Below are positions 1-10,264 of a stretch of DNA of 64,000 nucleotides, in pieces. The notes beneath the pieces are model-generated. The model saw only the letters and a list, made by a program, of their open reading frames with translations. It was not told the DNA's origin and searched no databases. The DNA lies in the NCBI GenBank assembly GCA_050115495.1, contig JASFQK010000012.1, positions 1 through 64,000 on the forward strand, given 5' to 3'. The position numbers and the translations under genes were made by a program. Numbering within the stretch: the stretch's first letter is position 1; each line of letters begins with the position of its first letter. Source of the stretch: Phycisphaerae bacterium. GTDB lineage: Bacteria; Planctomycetota; Phycisphaerae; UBA1845; Fen-1342.

Positions 1-161
1 ATCGCAGACGTGCGTGGCTTCGCTTCCATGCCCTGCTCCCTCACTGATGACCTTCCTTGCCCCTCGCACCTACTCTACCCTGGCCGTCAACGATTATTTC
101 ACAAGCTCAGACGCCCGCCCCACCCAGTGCTGGGGATCATCTCACAAGTTCAGGGACGTCA

Positions 162-1541
162 TCATGTCGAGGATCGGCGGGACGTCAACCCGCGGCGGTT
201 GGGTTGGGCGGCGGACGCGCTGGCGGTGGGGTCGACCTCGCGGGCCGTGGCTACGCCGAGGTGGTGCCGCTTGGCGTGGTACATGGCGGTATCGGCCATG
301 GCGAGGAGCCTTTCCCAGGAGCCGGCACGATGCTGGCGGAGCGAGGCGACGCCGATGGAGAGGCTCGGACGCGGATCGACGCCGGTGAGGGCCTTGACAC
401 GCTGCGTGAAGAGCTCGCGGAGGCGTTGGGCGAGGATGCCGGCTTCGAGGGTGTTGGTGTCGGGGAGGAGGAGGACGAACTCGTCGCCGCCGTAGCGGAC
501 GGCGAGGTCGGTGCGTTTGCGGATGGTGGCCCGAACGAGCTCGCCGACGAACATCACGAGTTCATCGCCGGTCTGGTGGCCGAGGGTGTCGTTGAGGTTC
601 TTGAAGTGATCGATGTCGATCATGAGGGCGGTGAGCTCGCTGCCGCGAGTGTAGACGAGTTCGACGAGACCCGGCAGGTCGCGGATCATGGCCCGGCGGT
701 TGAGCAGTTTGCTGAGCGGGTCGGTGTCGGCCTGGCGGGTGCTCTCGTGCAGGGCCCGGGACATGGTCTTGGTCTTGGCCTCGACGCGGGCGTCGAGCGA
801 TTGACGCAAGTCGCCGGCTTCGGCCCGCCAGTGCTGCATTTCTCGTTGCACCTGCTCGATGGACTGGGCGAGGTCGCGGAGCTCCTGAGGGGCGTTGTCG
901 GCGAGGGCGGCCGCTGTCAGTCCGCGAGAGGCCTGGGTCACCCAGCCGGAGAGGGCTGAGAGGGGTTTCTGGATGGCCAACTGGTAGTAGAGCAGTCCGC
1001 CGAGAAGACCGGCGAGGGCGAGGGCGATGCACAGAGCCAGTCCGCCGCTGCCGGTAGGCGCCGCGGTTCCCAGATCGATGATCGTGGCGAGTACGCCGCC
1101 GTCGCTCTGGGGGATGGTCAGCAACTGGAACTGCTTGGAAGGCCGGCCGTTGACGACGACCGGGGCGCACGTGGGCGTCTGCTGGCCGAACGGGATCTGG
1201 TCGAGGATCTCCTCGCGACGGAGGTTCGTCAACCGCCGAAACTCGAGCCCTTCGCGCTGCGCGTTGAACACCCCTGCCCAGCGCACGGACATGCCGAGCT
1301 TACTGAGCCGTTGCACCCACTCGCCAGCGCCCGGCTGGCGGTCGAGGTGAGAGCTGAGCGCGACCGCCAGCAGCGCTTCCGAGCTACGGACGAACTGCGT
1401 TTCCTGACGCCGGGCCAGCAACAGATGCCCCCACCACCCGGCCAGTCCCACCGTCCCGGCGACCAGCAATACGAGCAGTATGCCGCGCAGCTCAAGACTG
1501 GACGGTAAACGCAAGTGCAATTTGGGAGCAGACCCACGCAT
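162..1541 (-). CDS. Membrane-anchored diguanylate cyclase (2 TM + HAMP-like linker + GGDEF)
   Basis: TDPLSKLLNRR, MIDIDHFKNLNDTLGHQTGD and RYGGDEF motifs; two hydrophobic segments. Confidence 0.92.
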   Translation of the reverse strand: MRGSAPKLHLRLPSSLELRGILLVLLVAGTVGLAGWWGHLLLARRQETQFVRSSEALLAVALSSHLDRQPGAGEWVQRLSKLGMSVRWAGVFNAQREGLEFRRLTNLRREEILDQIPFGQQTPTCAPVVVNGRPSKQFQLLTIPQSDGGVLATIIDLGTAAPTGSGGLALCIALALAGLLGGLLYYQLAIQKPLSALSGWVTQASRGLTAAALADNAPQELRDLAQSIEQVQREMQHWRAEAGDLRQSLDARVEAKTKTMSRALHESTRQADTDPLSKLLNRRAMIRDLPGLVELVYTRGSELTALMIDIDHFKNLNDTLGHQTGDELVMFVGELVRATIRKRTDLAVRYGGDEFVLLLPDTNTLEAGILAQRLRELFTQRVKALTGVDPRPSLSIGVASLRQHRAGSWERLLAMADTAMYHAKRHHLGVATAREVDPTASASAAQPNRRGLTSRRSST

Positions 1542-1549
1542 CGCCTCTT

Positions 1550-1557
1550 TTATCGGC
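1550..1557 (-). promoter_or_regulatory. Putative sigma28 (FliA-type) -10 box upstream of the GGDEF gene
   Basis: GCCGATAA on the minus strand, 8 nt before the ATG; the -35 match is poor. Confidence 0.35.
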
Positions 1558-1586
1558 GCGGGTCAATTGCGATGTGAGTGAGCGCG

Positions 1587-2399
1587 TCAGGCGCTGGCGG
1601 CCAGGACCGGTGGCTCGGCTGGCTCCGCCTCGGCATCGGGTTCGGCCTGGTTTTGCCGGCGGATGGCCAGGGCTTCGAGCGGCGGAAGGTCCTCGACGTC
1701 TTCCAGACCGAAGACGTCCAGAAACTTCTTCGTCGTCCCATAAAGCAGCGGTCGACCAACGACCTCCGCGCGGCCGACGATCTTCACGAGCCCCATTTCC
1801 CGCAGGCGGTTCAGCACGTCGCCGCAGGCCACGCCGCGGATCGCCTCGACGTCGGCGCGGATGATGGGCTGCTTGTAGGCGATGATGGAAACGGTTTCGA
1901 GGGCGGCGCCGGTGAGTCGCGTTCGGCGGCGCTGCTGGTTCAGCCGAGAGAGCCACGGCTCGAACTCTGACAGCGTCATCATCCGATAACCGCGGGCGAT
2001 CGCCTCGATCCGGAAGGTCAGACCCGCCGCCGCATACTTGTCGTTCAGGGCGGCGATGTGCAGGCGGATCTTCAGCGGCGTGCAGCCGTCGATGAGATCG
2101 GCCAGGCGAGCGGCCGGCAGTGGCACGTCCGCCGCGAAGAGCAGCGCTTCGAGGACCTGGCGGGCCTGGACGTCTTCCGGCGTGTCGGCAGTCGCGGTGG
2201 CGTCGGCCGGCAGTGCGTCCTCTTCGTCGACGACAGGCTCCAATACGTCCGTGTCCGCCGGTGTGCTCATCGTGGTGGAATCGAGGTCAACGAGATCCGC
2301 GAGGTCCGTCGAACAGGGGTTGTCGTCGGGAATCGCGTCCCCCGTGCCTTCCGTGGTGGTGTACGTCATACGGTCGAGAACTTGCGTTTCGTCATCCAT
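1587..2399 (-). CDS. scpB: SMC-Scp complex subunit ScpB with acidic N-terminal extension
   Basis: LEALLFA, ALETVSIIAYKQPIIRADVEAIRGV, GRPLLYGTTKKFLDVFGL motifs. Confidence 0.95.
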   Translation of the reverse strand: MDDETQVLDRMTYTTTEGTGDAIPDDNPCSTDLADLVDLDSTTMSTPADTDVLEPVVDEEDALPADATATADTPEDVQARQVLEALLFAADVPLPAARLADLIDGCTPLKIRLHIAALNDKYAAAGLTFRIEAIARGYRMMTLSEFEPWLSRLNQQRRRTRLTGAALETVSIIAYKQPIIRADVEAIRGVACGDVLNRLREMGLVKIVGRAEVVGRPLLYGTTKKFLDVFGLEDVEDLPPLEALAIRRQNQAEPDAEAEPAEPPVLAASA

Positions 2400-2598
2400 G
2401 ACGTCTTGCTCCTCGCTACAAACCCGCAGGAGTGTACCACGCCCCAGAGGCGCGGTCCAGCGTGTTCAAGCGCGGGCGGCGCTGATTCCGGGCGGGCAGC
2501 GTTTGCCCGGTCGTGCGGCCCGTGGCAGACTACGGTCGCTGGACGGCCCGTCCGTCGACGGTGCGACGGAGGACGGCCGGCAGGAAGACGAGGTGAGG

Positions 2599-3159
2599 AT
2601 GCCTACGCAGGTGGCACAGCGGCTGGTGCTCGACCGAGCCCAGCTCGTCGTCGTCGATATCCAGGAGAAGATGCTGCCGCACATTACCGGGCGCGAGCAG
2701 GTGCTCGAACAGTCCGTGCGGATGATCCGCGCCGCCTGCGAGATGGGCCTGCCGGTGACCGTCTCGGAGCAGTACGTTCGGGGGCTGGGGCCTACGGTCG
2801 GCGAGGTGCTCGAAGCGACGGGTGACGCCGAGCGGCTGGAGAAGATGAGCTTCAGCCTACTGGGAGACGAGCCGCTGAGCAGGCGTATCCTGGGACTGTC
2901 GCGGCCGCAGGTGTTGCTGGTGGGCATCGAGACGCACGTGTGCGTGCAGCAGACGGCGCTGGACCTGCTGGCGGCCGGGCACCTGCCCGTGGTGCTGGTC
3001 GACGCAGTCGGGTCGCGCCGCCCCACCGATCGCGATACGGCCCTGACTCGAATGCGGGATGCGGGGGCGGTCGTGACGACGGTCGAGTCGGCGATTTTCG
3101 ACATGCTGGTACGGGCCGGTACGGACGTGTTCAAGCGCATTCTGCCCCTCGTGCGGTGA
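2599..3159 (+). CDS. Isochorismatase-family (YcaC-like) cysteine hydrolase
   Basis: VVVDIQEKM, SEQYVRGLGPTV, EKMSFS, GIETHVCVQQTALDL; ATG at 2599 after GAGGTGAGG. Confidence 0.9.
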   Translation: MPTQVAQRLVLDRAQLVVVDIQEKMLPHITGREQVLEQSVRMIRAACEMGLPVTVSEQYVRGLGPTVGEVLEATGDAERLEKMSFSLLGDEPLSRRILGLSRPQVLLVGIETHVCVQQTALDLLAAGHLPVVLVDAVGSRRPTDRDTALTRMRDAGAVVTTVESAIFDMLVRAGTDVFKRILPLVR

Positions 3160-3166
3160 GGCGATC

Positions 3167-3442
3167 GTGCCCTACGACCCGACGGACGACGAATACGAAG
3201 AGGACGGGTACGACCCGGAGGAGCCCGACGGGGCCGACCTGGACGACGATGACGAGACCGTCACGGTCCCCTGCCCGCATTGCGGCGAGGAGATCCCGGA
3301 GACGGCCGACCGTTGCCCATATTGCGGGGATTGGGTCGTACAGGGCGGCGAGCACGGGGCGGTGAGCCGCGGGCCGGCGTATGTTGTGCTGCTGGTGGCG
3401 TGCATTTTGTTGATTGTTGCGCTGTTGTTGTTGTGGCGCTGA
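3167..3442 (+). CDS. Small zinc-ribbon membrane protein
   Basis: Acidic N-terminus, CPHCG...CPYCG, C-terminal TM helix. Confidence 0.8.
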   Translation: MPYDPTDDEYEEDGYDPEEPDGADLDDDDETVTVPCPHCGEEIPETADRCPYCGDWVVQGGEHGAVSRGPAYVVLLVACILLIVALLLLWR

Positions 3443-3472
3443 TGGGCGGGCGGCGCGGTAGTTGGCGTCCGA

Positions 3473-3617
3473 CGTCCGACACGGAGGTCGGACGCTACGG
3501 AGATTGCGAGAATGGTCGTTTGTCGGTGGTCGACGTCGGCCACGGGGGGCCGACGCTACGGTCCGGTGCGGAGGCCGGCCGCGAGAGAAGACGGCCGGCA
3601 CGGAGACCGGCCGGTAC
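3473..3617. repeat. Cluster of three GTAG-type REP-like palindromes
   Basis: CGTCCGAC-ACGGAG-GTCGGACG-CTAC (3473-3498), CGTCGGCC-ACGGGG-GGCCGACG-CTAC (3534-3559), degenerate third copy 3592-3617. Confidence 0.8.
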
Positions 3618-3743
3618 GGTGGCGGACTGGATTTCCGAGTTGGGTTAACTACACTGATAGCGCTGTGCGGGGGACAGTCGGGATTTGCGCCGAGACACGG
3701 CGCGAGCGGCGAGCGTGCCAGACGCCGCCAACGGAGACCTGTC

Positions 3744-4994
3744 ATGAAGTACATGCTGATTCCCGTCCTGTGCATGGGCATCCTGCTGCCGACGGTGGCC
3801 CGGGCGGATCTCGAGAAAGGTACTTACGCCCCGGATCTCGAGGCCAAAGAGTGGATGAACACCAAGGAGCTGCTGGGTAGCGAGGAGGACGGGCCACTCT
3901 CGCTGTCCGATTTGCGCGGCATGGTGGTCGTGCTGTACTTCTGGGTGTCGTGGAGCCGCGGCGGTGAGTATTACATGCCGTTGGTCAACATCGTCGAGAA
4001 CCACCCGTATCTCGGCCGGCGGCAGGGCGTGTTCCTGATGGGCGTCACCGAGGCCGACCGCTCGCGCGTCGAGGAGATGGTGAAGGAGGAACGCCTGCTC
4101 TTCCCGATTGCCCTGGAGTGCGACGCAGCCGAGGAATACGACATCGACTCGTTCCCGCACGTCGTGGTCATCGATCCGAACGGCAAGATCGCCTTCTCGG
4201 GCTCGGCCACGACCGGGGGCGGCGATCGGTTTATCCAGCAGATCATCGACGCCGTGCGGGAGACGCCGCCGACGCGCACGCACCCGCGTGAGGCCGCTGA
4301 GGCCCGGCGTCACCTCGACCATGCTCGCGAGCAGATTCGGGGCGGCGACTACCGGGCCGCCTACCGCTCGGCCCAGGACGCGTACGAGCGGGCCCTGACG
4401 GGCGATACGCTGAAGACCGAGTGCCAGGACATGCTCGACCTGCTGGAGGCCATCGGCCGCGACAAGCTGGCCGAGGCCCTGGCCGACATCGACTTCAAGA
4501 AGTTCGAGGACGGTGTGACGCTGCTGCGTGAGGTGTCGGGCAAGTTCCGCGGGATGAAATCGGCGCGGACGGCGAACCAACGATTGCGCTCGCTCGAAGA
4601 GAACTTCCCCGAAGTCAAGCAGGTTCTGGAGCGGCTGCAACACGAGGCCGAGGCCCGCGGGCTGCTGGTGGCCGTCCGCGACGCGCTGTGGGACCGCGAC
4701 TTCGGCACGGCCTACGACACGCTGGAACAGATCACCAAGGACTACGCGGACACCCCCGTGGCGGTTGACGCCCGCACGATCATGCAGCGCATGGGCAAGA
4801 ACCAGACGATCATGGGCTACGTGCGCGACCACAAGGCGGCCAAGGACTGCAACAACTGGATGGGCCAGGCCCGCAGCTTCATCCGCATCGGCAACGTCCC
4901 CAAGGCCAAGGAGCTGCTTCGCCGCATCATCAACGAGCATCCCGACACGAAGTACGAGGAAGAGGCGTACCGCATGCTCGGTGAGCTGCCTTAG
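3744..4994 (+). CDS. Exported TlpA/thioredoxin-fold protein lacking CxxC, with helical TPR-like C-terminus
   Basis: Signal peptide (..TVARA); [35 protein letters not shown]-terminal helical repeats. Confidence 0.8.
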   Translation: MKYMLIPVLCMGILLPTVARADLEKGTYAPDLEAKEWMNTKELLGSEEDGPLSLSDLRGMVVVLYFWVSWSRGGEYYMPLVNIVENHPYLGRRQGVFLMGVTEADRSRVEEMVKEERLLFPIALECDAAEEYDIDSFPHVVVIDPNGKIAFSGSATTGGGDRFIQQIIDAVRETPPTRTHPREAAEARRHLDHAREQIRGGDYRAAYRSAQDAYERALTGDTLKTECQDMLDLLEAIGRDKLAEALADIDFKKFEDGVTLLREVSGKFRGMKSARTANQRLRSLEENFPEVKQVLERLQHEAEARGLLVAVRDALWDRDFGTAYDTLEQITKDYADTPVAVDARTIMQRMGKNQTIMGYVRDHKAAKDCNNWMGQARSFIRIGNVPKAKELLRRIINEHPDTKYEEEAYRMLGELP

Positions 4995-5047
4995 TCCCCC
5001 CGGCTTCGCTCGCAGGGGCGCGCCCGGGGCGAAGCGGCCAGCGACTT

Positions 5048-5986
5048 ATGACGAACAAAGACCCGTACGAGATCCTCGGCGTCCCGCGCACCGCTTCGCA
5101 GGACGAGATCAAGCGCGCTTATCGCCGCCGGGCGAAGGAAACGCACCCCGACCACAATCCCGGCGACAAGTCTGCGGAACAACGCTTCAAGGAAATCCAG
5201 GCCGCCTACGAGGTCCTCGGCGACAAGCAACGCCGGGCCCAGTATGACCAGTTCGGTGCCGGCGGCCCCACGCCCGAGTTCCACAACTGGGGCGCCGACG
5301 TCGGTGGCAACCCCTTCGGTAACATGGGCTTCGACCTCGGGGGCATGGGCGACCTGACGAGTATCTTCGAGCAGTTCTTCGCCCGCGGCGGCGTCGGCGG
5401 AGGCCGGTCCCGTGGACGGGCTTCCGGACGGCGGCCCGCGCGACGTGGAGCCGACCTCGAAACCTCCATCGAGCTCACCTTCGAGGAAGCCGTCCAGGGC
5501 TGCCAGCGCGAGGTCGTCCTCGGCGGTCCGAGCATGGAGTCCGAACGTATCTCCGTGCGCGTTCCCGGCGGCGTCAGCGACGGCAGGCGCATTCGCGTCT
5601 CCGGCAAGGGGCAACCCGGGCCCGGCGGACGCGGCGATCTGCTCATCCGCTGCCGGATTCGCCCGCATCCGCTGTTCCGCCGGGATGGGCTGGATGTGCT
5701 GCTCGATCTGCCGCTGACGTTTGCCGAGGCGACGCTGGGGGCCAAGGTGGAGATCCCTACGCCGGACGGCACGACGATCGTCACGGTTCCGCCGGGGACG
5801 TCGAGCGGTTCGAAGCTGCGGCTGCGTGGCCGTGGCGTGCGTGAGGAGCGCAGCGGGCAGCAGGGTGATCTGCTGGCCGTGGTCCGCATCCAGGCGCCGC
5901 GGCAGGTGTCGGCGGAGGCCCGCCAATTGCTGGAGCAGCTCGAGCAGGAGCTGCGGCAGCGGCCGCGGGCGCACTGGTCAACATGA
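5048..5986 (+). CDS. DnaJ class B / CbpA-like co-chaperone
   Basis: J domain with HPD, G/F region, DnaJ_C domain, no CxxCxGxG zinc finger. Confidence 0.92.
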   Translation: MTNKDPYEILGVPRTASQDEIKRAYRRRAKETHPDHNPGDKSAEQRFKEIQAAYEVLGDKQRRAQYDQFGAGGPTPEFHNWGADVGGNPFGNMGFDLGGMGDLTSIFEQFFARGGVGGGRSRGRASGRRPARRGADLETSIELTFEEAVQGCQREVVLGGPSMESERISVRVPGGVSDGRRIRVSGKGQPGPGGRGDLLIRCRIRPHPLFRRDGLDVLLDLPLTFAEATLGAKVEIPTPDGTTIVTVPPGTSSGSKLRLRGRGVREERSGQQGDLLAVVRIQAPRQVSAEARQLLEQLEQELRQRPRAHWST

Positions 5987-5996
5987 AGGGACAGCC

Positions 5997-6437
5997 ATGA
6001 GCCGCAGGCGGGGGTCAACTTCCGGGCGATTCGTCCTGCTGCTGATGGTGATCGCCCTGCTGCTGACGGTCTGCGTGGCCATGTACCTGGCGCTGGTGCG
6101 GGTGATGGAGACGCCCGGGCCGTCGCAGGTGACGGACGATCCGGCGGTCGCCCTGCGCGGCAAACTGACGCTGCTGCTACTCATCGTGCTGTGCGCCACA
6201 CTGCTGATTCTGATGTTCGCCATCGGGGCGTACCTGCTGCTGCGGGCCGGGCGGGCCGTGTCGCGGCAACGCCTGGGCGGCAAGCCGACGGAGTACGTGG
6301 ACGCGTGGAGCCAGTACCGGCTCAGCGATGAGCAGATCGAAGCGGCCACGCGGGAGGAGGAACGCCCCCGCCGGCCCGGTGCCCCGCCCCGCCCCCCTGC
6401 CGATGAGGATGACGACGAACCTGGTCTGGAGGACTGA
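5997..6437 (+). CDS. Hypothetical 2-TM membrane protein
   Basis: ATG at 5997 after AAGGG; two hydrophobic helices; operon spacing. Confidence 0.75.
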   Translation: MSRRRGSTSGRFVLLLMVIALLLTVCVAMYLALVRVMETPGPSQVTDDPAVALRGKLTLLLLIVLCATLLILMFAIGAYLLLRAGRAVSRQRLGGKPTEYVDAWSQYRLSDEQIEAATREEERPRRPGAPPRPPADEDDDEPGLED

Positions 6438-6441
6438 ACCC

Positions 6442-8037
6442 ATGCCCGTCAACAAGTCGCCCGCTTCGCGCACGCCGACGAAGAAACGTCCCGCCGATGC
6501 GCTCGAGCGTCTGTACGGCTACTGGATTCTGAGCACGGCGGTGCTGGCGTTCGCCCTGGTGGCCAGCGTGCTGGCGATGCGCGGGGCGCTGAGCCAGCAG
6601 GCGTCGCTGTACGCCGGGCAGCAGGAGGCGCTCGAGAACCTAACGAAGCGGGTCGAGGCGCTGGAGGCGACGGGCGGGCACGGCGAGGTGGCGACCGCGC
6701 CGGCGACGACTGCCGAGGAGAATCCGCCGGCAGAGCCCGAGTTGCCGCCGTCGTTCCCGGTGCCGGGCGTGAGGCCCTCGCCGCCGCCTGTTAACACGAC
6801 ACCGCCGACACCGCCCGTGAGCGAACCGACCCGTGAACCGCCTCCCCCTGATGGGCCCGTGATGGGCACGCTGCTCGACAAGGCCCTGGTGGCGGGCACG
6901 CTGGCGCCGCTGGTCATCGGCGATCGGGCGGCGGCGGAGGAGGTCACGGCCACGGGGCTGCGGTACCTGCGGCAGGCGGAATGGAGCGGAGATACCTGGG
7001 CTCGCTGTGCCATCGTGGCCCGCCTATTGGATCAGCACGCTGCCGCCGAACGGTTCGCCGAGGCGGCGTACCGGGCGGGTGATCCGCTGACGGCGTTCAG
7101 CGAGGTTTCGGCCCGCGTCTTCCTCGACGAAGCCCGCCCTACCGATGCGCTGCTGCACGCCCAGCATTTCGACCAGCAGACTGAAGGCTCGCCCACGGCT
7201 CGCGTGCTCCTGGCTCGCGTGGCGCTGGCCCTGGACAACCCCGCTTCGGCGGACGAGATCGTCGCGGGCGTGGCGGTGGACGAGACGCTGTCCGTGCCGG
7301 ATCGGCTGGCGCTGGGGCGGGTGTGCCTGGCGCTGGAGCGGTGGGAGCAGCTTGCGCAGGTGATGGATTCGATCCAGACGGCGCCGCCGGCGCTGGAACG
7401 CGAACGGAACTTCCTGTACGCGGTGGCCCTGATCCAGAGGGGCGGGAACCTCGCCGAGGCGGGCAGCGTTCTGGCCTACCTGGCGGCGGAGGGGCCGGGC
7501 GACGAACCGGCGGCCGGGGCGACGGGGCCGGACACGTACGAGATCACGCTGTGGCAGGGTGTGGCGTTGCTGCATGGGCGGCAGGTGGCGGCGGCGCGAG
7601 AGACGCTGGAGCGGGCCGCCGGCCTGCGGGCCGATCGTCCGGAGGCGTACTACTGGCGGGCGGTGCTGGCGTACCAGGACGGCGACGTGGCCGGAGCCCG
7701 GCTTTATTTGCAGAACGCACTGGCGACGTCGGCTCGCTATGCGCCGGCGTGGGAGATGCTCGGGCAATTGGCGCTCAACGAGGGCGATCTGACCGACGCC
7801 CTGACCAATCTACGAAAGGCGGTCGAGGTCAACGAGCGGCGGGCTTCCGCGCACTTCGCCATCGCCCTGGCCCACGCGAAGGCGGCGCGGCGCGAGCCGG
7901 CGGCGGCCGCCCTGCACCGGGCGCTGGTGCTCGATCCGACGTACCTGGAAACCGCCCGTCATGCCGAGGTCATCACCCGGCTGTTCACGGAAGAGGAGCT
8001 GATGTCCCTCCTCACCCAGCCGCTCTACGACAACTAG
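6442..8037 (+). CDS. Membrane-anchored TPR protein
   Basis: N-terminal TM, Pro-rich linker, TPR motifs (PEAYYWRA.., APAWEMLG.., ASAHFAIA..). Confidence 0.85.
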   Translation: MPVNKSPASRTPTKKRPADALERLYGYWILSTAVLAFALVASVLAMRGALSQQASLYAGQQEALENLTKRVEALEATGGHGEVATAPATTAEENPPAEPELPPSFPVPGVRPSPPPVNTTPPTPPVSEPTREPPPPDGPVMGTLLDKALVAGTLAPLVIGDRAAAEEVTATGLRYLRQAEWSGDTWARCAIVARLLDQHAAAERFAEAAYRAGDPLTAFSEVSARVFLDEARPTDALLHAQHFDQQTEGSPTARVLLARVALALDNPASADEIVAGVAVDETLSVPDRLALGRVCLALERWEQLAQVMDSIQTAPPALERERNFLYAVALIQRGGNLAEAGSVLAYLAAEGPGDEPAAGATGPDTYEITLWQGVALLHGRQVAAARETLERAAGLRADRPEAYYWRAVLAYQDGDVAGARLYLQNALATSARYAPAWEMLGQLALNEGDLTDALTNLRKAVEVNERRASAHFAIALAHAKAARREPAAAALHRALVLDPTYLETARHAEVITRLFTEEELMSLLTQPLYDN

Positions 8038-8047
8038 GCGCAGCGGA

Positions 8048-10264
8048 TCACTGGCCGGCGGCGGGTCTCGGCCGGCTGGCGAAGATGGACAGCAGGATGC
8101 CGACGGTGACCAGGGCCGCCGCCCCACCAAGCCAGATCGCCGGCGGCATGACGCTCTCACTTCCCTCCTGGAAGAAGCCGACCTTTTGCAGCCAGGGCAG
8201 CAGGCCGTCGTCGCGGGCCATGAGCACGACCATGCAGTTGTGCATCATGTGGGCCAGCATCGCCGGCCAGATCGAGCCCCACTGCACGACGAGCATACCG
8301 AAGAGGACGCCAAGGGCGGCGGTGACTGCGAGGCGGTGCACGCTGTAGTGCGTCGCGCCGAAGGCGAAGGCCACGACGAGCACGGCGCCCACGCGTCCGA
8401 GGGCAGCACGCAGGCCACTGAGGGCGAAGCCGCGGAAGAAGAGCTCTTCGCAGAACGCCGGGACGATGCCGGCGAAGAAGATCGTGCCGATCAGCGAGAG
8501 CTGGCGCAGTTGCTCTTCAAGCGGACGGGCGGCTTCCTCGAATTCCGCCGGCAGCGGGAGGAAACGTTGCTGCACGGAGAGCCACGCCAGAGCCAGTACC
8601 CAGGTGCCCAGGCCGAAGCACAGGGCCGCCAGCCACGCTCCCGGTCGCGGCAGGCCGAGCGACAGGGCAGACGTGATGCGCACGCGCAGGTACGCCGCGG
8701 TGGCGATGGGTAACGCCGCGAAGAGGATGGCCAGTGTCAGGGCCAGACCGGCCAGGTGCTCGACGCTGCCCGGCACGAGGCCGCTCTTGAGCATCGACTG
8801 CTGCACGAAGAAGTTCAGCGAGTAGACGACGGCCACGAGCAGCATGGCCTGGGCGGCGGTGGGCACGTTTCGCGGGCGGAAGAACTTGCGTTTGAACAGC
8901 GTGCGGATCGAGGCGCTGTCCGCGAACAGCACCGCCTCCTGCCCGAACAGCTTGGCGGCGACGGCCACCGCCGCTGCGGCGTACACGCACGTGGACAGAC
9001 TGACCCAGAGGATGGCCACCCGGTCGATCTGCCCCATGAACAATTCGCGCGTGAGGATGACGATGTTCGTCACCGGCAGGATGAGCAGCGGTCCTTTCAG
9101 CTCGGTGCCGGGCAGCACACCGATGACGGCGGGGATCAGCGCCACCATCATCACGGGCATGACGTAGTTCTGCGCTTCCTTGAAGCTGCGGGCGAAGCTG
9201 CACACGGCCAGCAGCATGGCGCTGAACATGACCGCCAGCGGGATGAGCACCAGCAGCACGAGCGGCAGGGTCCGTAGCGGGATGGTCACGTGCCCGCCGC
9301 CGGTCAGGACGTTGCCCAGCCCGCCGAGGTAGATCGTCCCGCCGATGGAGAGCAGGTTCAGAATGGCGCTGAGCATGCCGATCGAGGCGACGACGACGAA
9401 CTTGCCGGCGATGAGATCGACGGTGGGCACGGGGGCGGCCATGAGCGTTTCGAGGGTGCCGCGTTCGCGTTCGCCGGCGGTGAGGTCGATCGCCGGGTAG
9501 ATGGCCCCGGTGATGGTCATGATGATGAGGATCAGGGGGACGATCTGCCCGAGGACTGAGCCGCCGAGCTTCTCGGGCGAGGCGACGTCTGATGCCTCCA
9601 GACGCAGCGGCTGGATGAAGTCGAGCGTCTTGTTCTCGTCCGCCAGGCGGCGTTCGACGATGCGGTCGTTCGCCCGTTGGAAGATGCCCTCCAGGCCGGC
9701 CGTGGCGATCTGGCTGCGAATCTCGGTCTGGTCAACGACCAGCATGATATGCGTGGAGAACGGCGAATCCGGACGCGGCAGCCGGTCGCCCACCACGATC
9801 ACGCCGGAGTGGGCCCGGCCGTCGATCACCGCCTGCGGCACGTCGGGGAAGACCTCGACGCGGTACGGCGGCGGACGGTGGCGCACGTCGGCCTGGGCAG
9901 TCTCGGCGGCGCTGCCTTCGTGCTGCGGCGAGGTCACATCGCTCGGCTGGCTCTCGGTGGCGGCCTCGATCGCGGCGGGGACATCCTCAGCGGCTCGGCC
10001 GATCGCCGCCGGATGACGGGCCGGATCCGGGTCGATGATGCGCGTCCGCAGCCAGTGGGCGATGTCGGGCGAGCCGACGGCGACGGTGTACTCCTCCTGC
10101 TTGAGCCGCCCCACCTGGAGCTCGAACGCCTGGAGCGAGCCGAGCATGAGCGCCGGATAGAGCACCATGGGCACGAGGACCATGGCGACCAGCGTGCGGC
10201 GGTCGCGGAGCGTGTCGGCGAACTCCTTGCGCCAGACTGTACTAATGCGCGAGAAGCGGTTCAT
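8048..10264 (-). CDS. natB: NatB-like ABC-2 permease fused to CPBP (CAAX) intramembrane metalloprotease
   Basis: RKEFADTLRDRRTL, AIDLTAGERERGTLETL, ARSFKEAQNY; C-terminal EELFFRG, FGATH, AHMMHN. Confidence 0.88.
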   Translation of the reverse strand: MNRFSRISTVWRKEFADTLRDRRTLVAMVLVPMVLYPALMLGSLQAFELQVGRLKQEEYTVAVGSPDIAHWLRTRIIDPDPARHPAAIGRAAEDVPAAIEAATESQPSDVTSPQHEGSAAETAQADVRHRPPPYRVEVFPDVPQAVIDGRAHSGVIVVGDRLPRPDSPFSTHIMLVVDQTEIRSQIATAGLEGIFQRANDRIVERRLADENKTLDFIQPLRLEASDVASPEKLGGSVLGQIVPLILIIMTITGAIYPAIDLTAGERERGTLETLMAAPVPTVDLIAGKFVVVASIGMLSAILNLLSIGGTIYLGGLGNVLTGGGHVTIPLRTLPLVLLVLIPLAVMFSAMLLAVCSFARSFKEAQNYVMPVMMVALIPAVIGVLPGTELKGPLLILPVTNIVILTRELFMGQIDRVAILWVSLSTCVYAAAAVAVAAKLFGQEAVLFADSASIRTLFKRKFFRPRNVPTAAQAMLLVAVVYSLNFFVQQSMLKSGLVPGSVEHLAGLALTLAILFAALPIATAAYLRVRITSALSLGLPRPGAWLAALCFGLGTWVLALAWLSVQQRFLPLPAEFEEAARPLEEQLRQLSLIGTIFFAGIVPAFCEELFFRGFALSGLRAALGRVGAVLVVAFAFGATHYSVHRLAVTAALGVLFGMLVVQWGSIWPAMLAHMMHNCMVVLMARDDGLLPWLQKVGFFQEGSESVMPPAIWLGGAAALVTVGILLSIFASRPRPAAGQ

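Noticed and set aside
3473..3617. Mini-CRISPR array (three ~26-nt repeats, ~33-35-nt spacers)
   Set aside because: Repeats differ with compensatory stem changes, recur at 32507-32592 with almost no spacers, and no cas genes or leader are present; REP fits better.
3940..3970. Selenocysteine in the thioredoxin-like active site
   Set aside because: Codons read TGG AGC CGC GGC GGT; no in-frame TGA.
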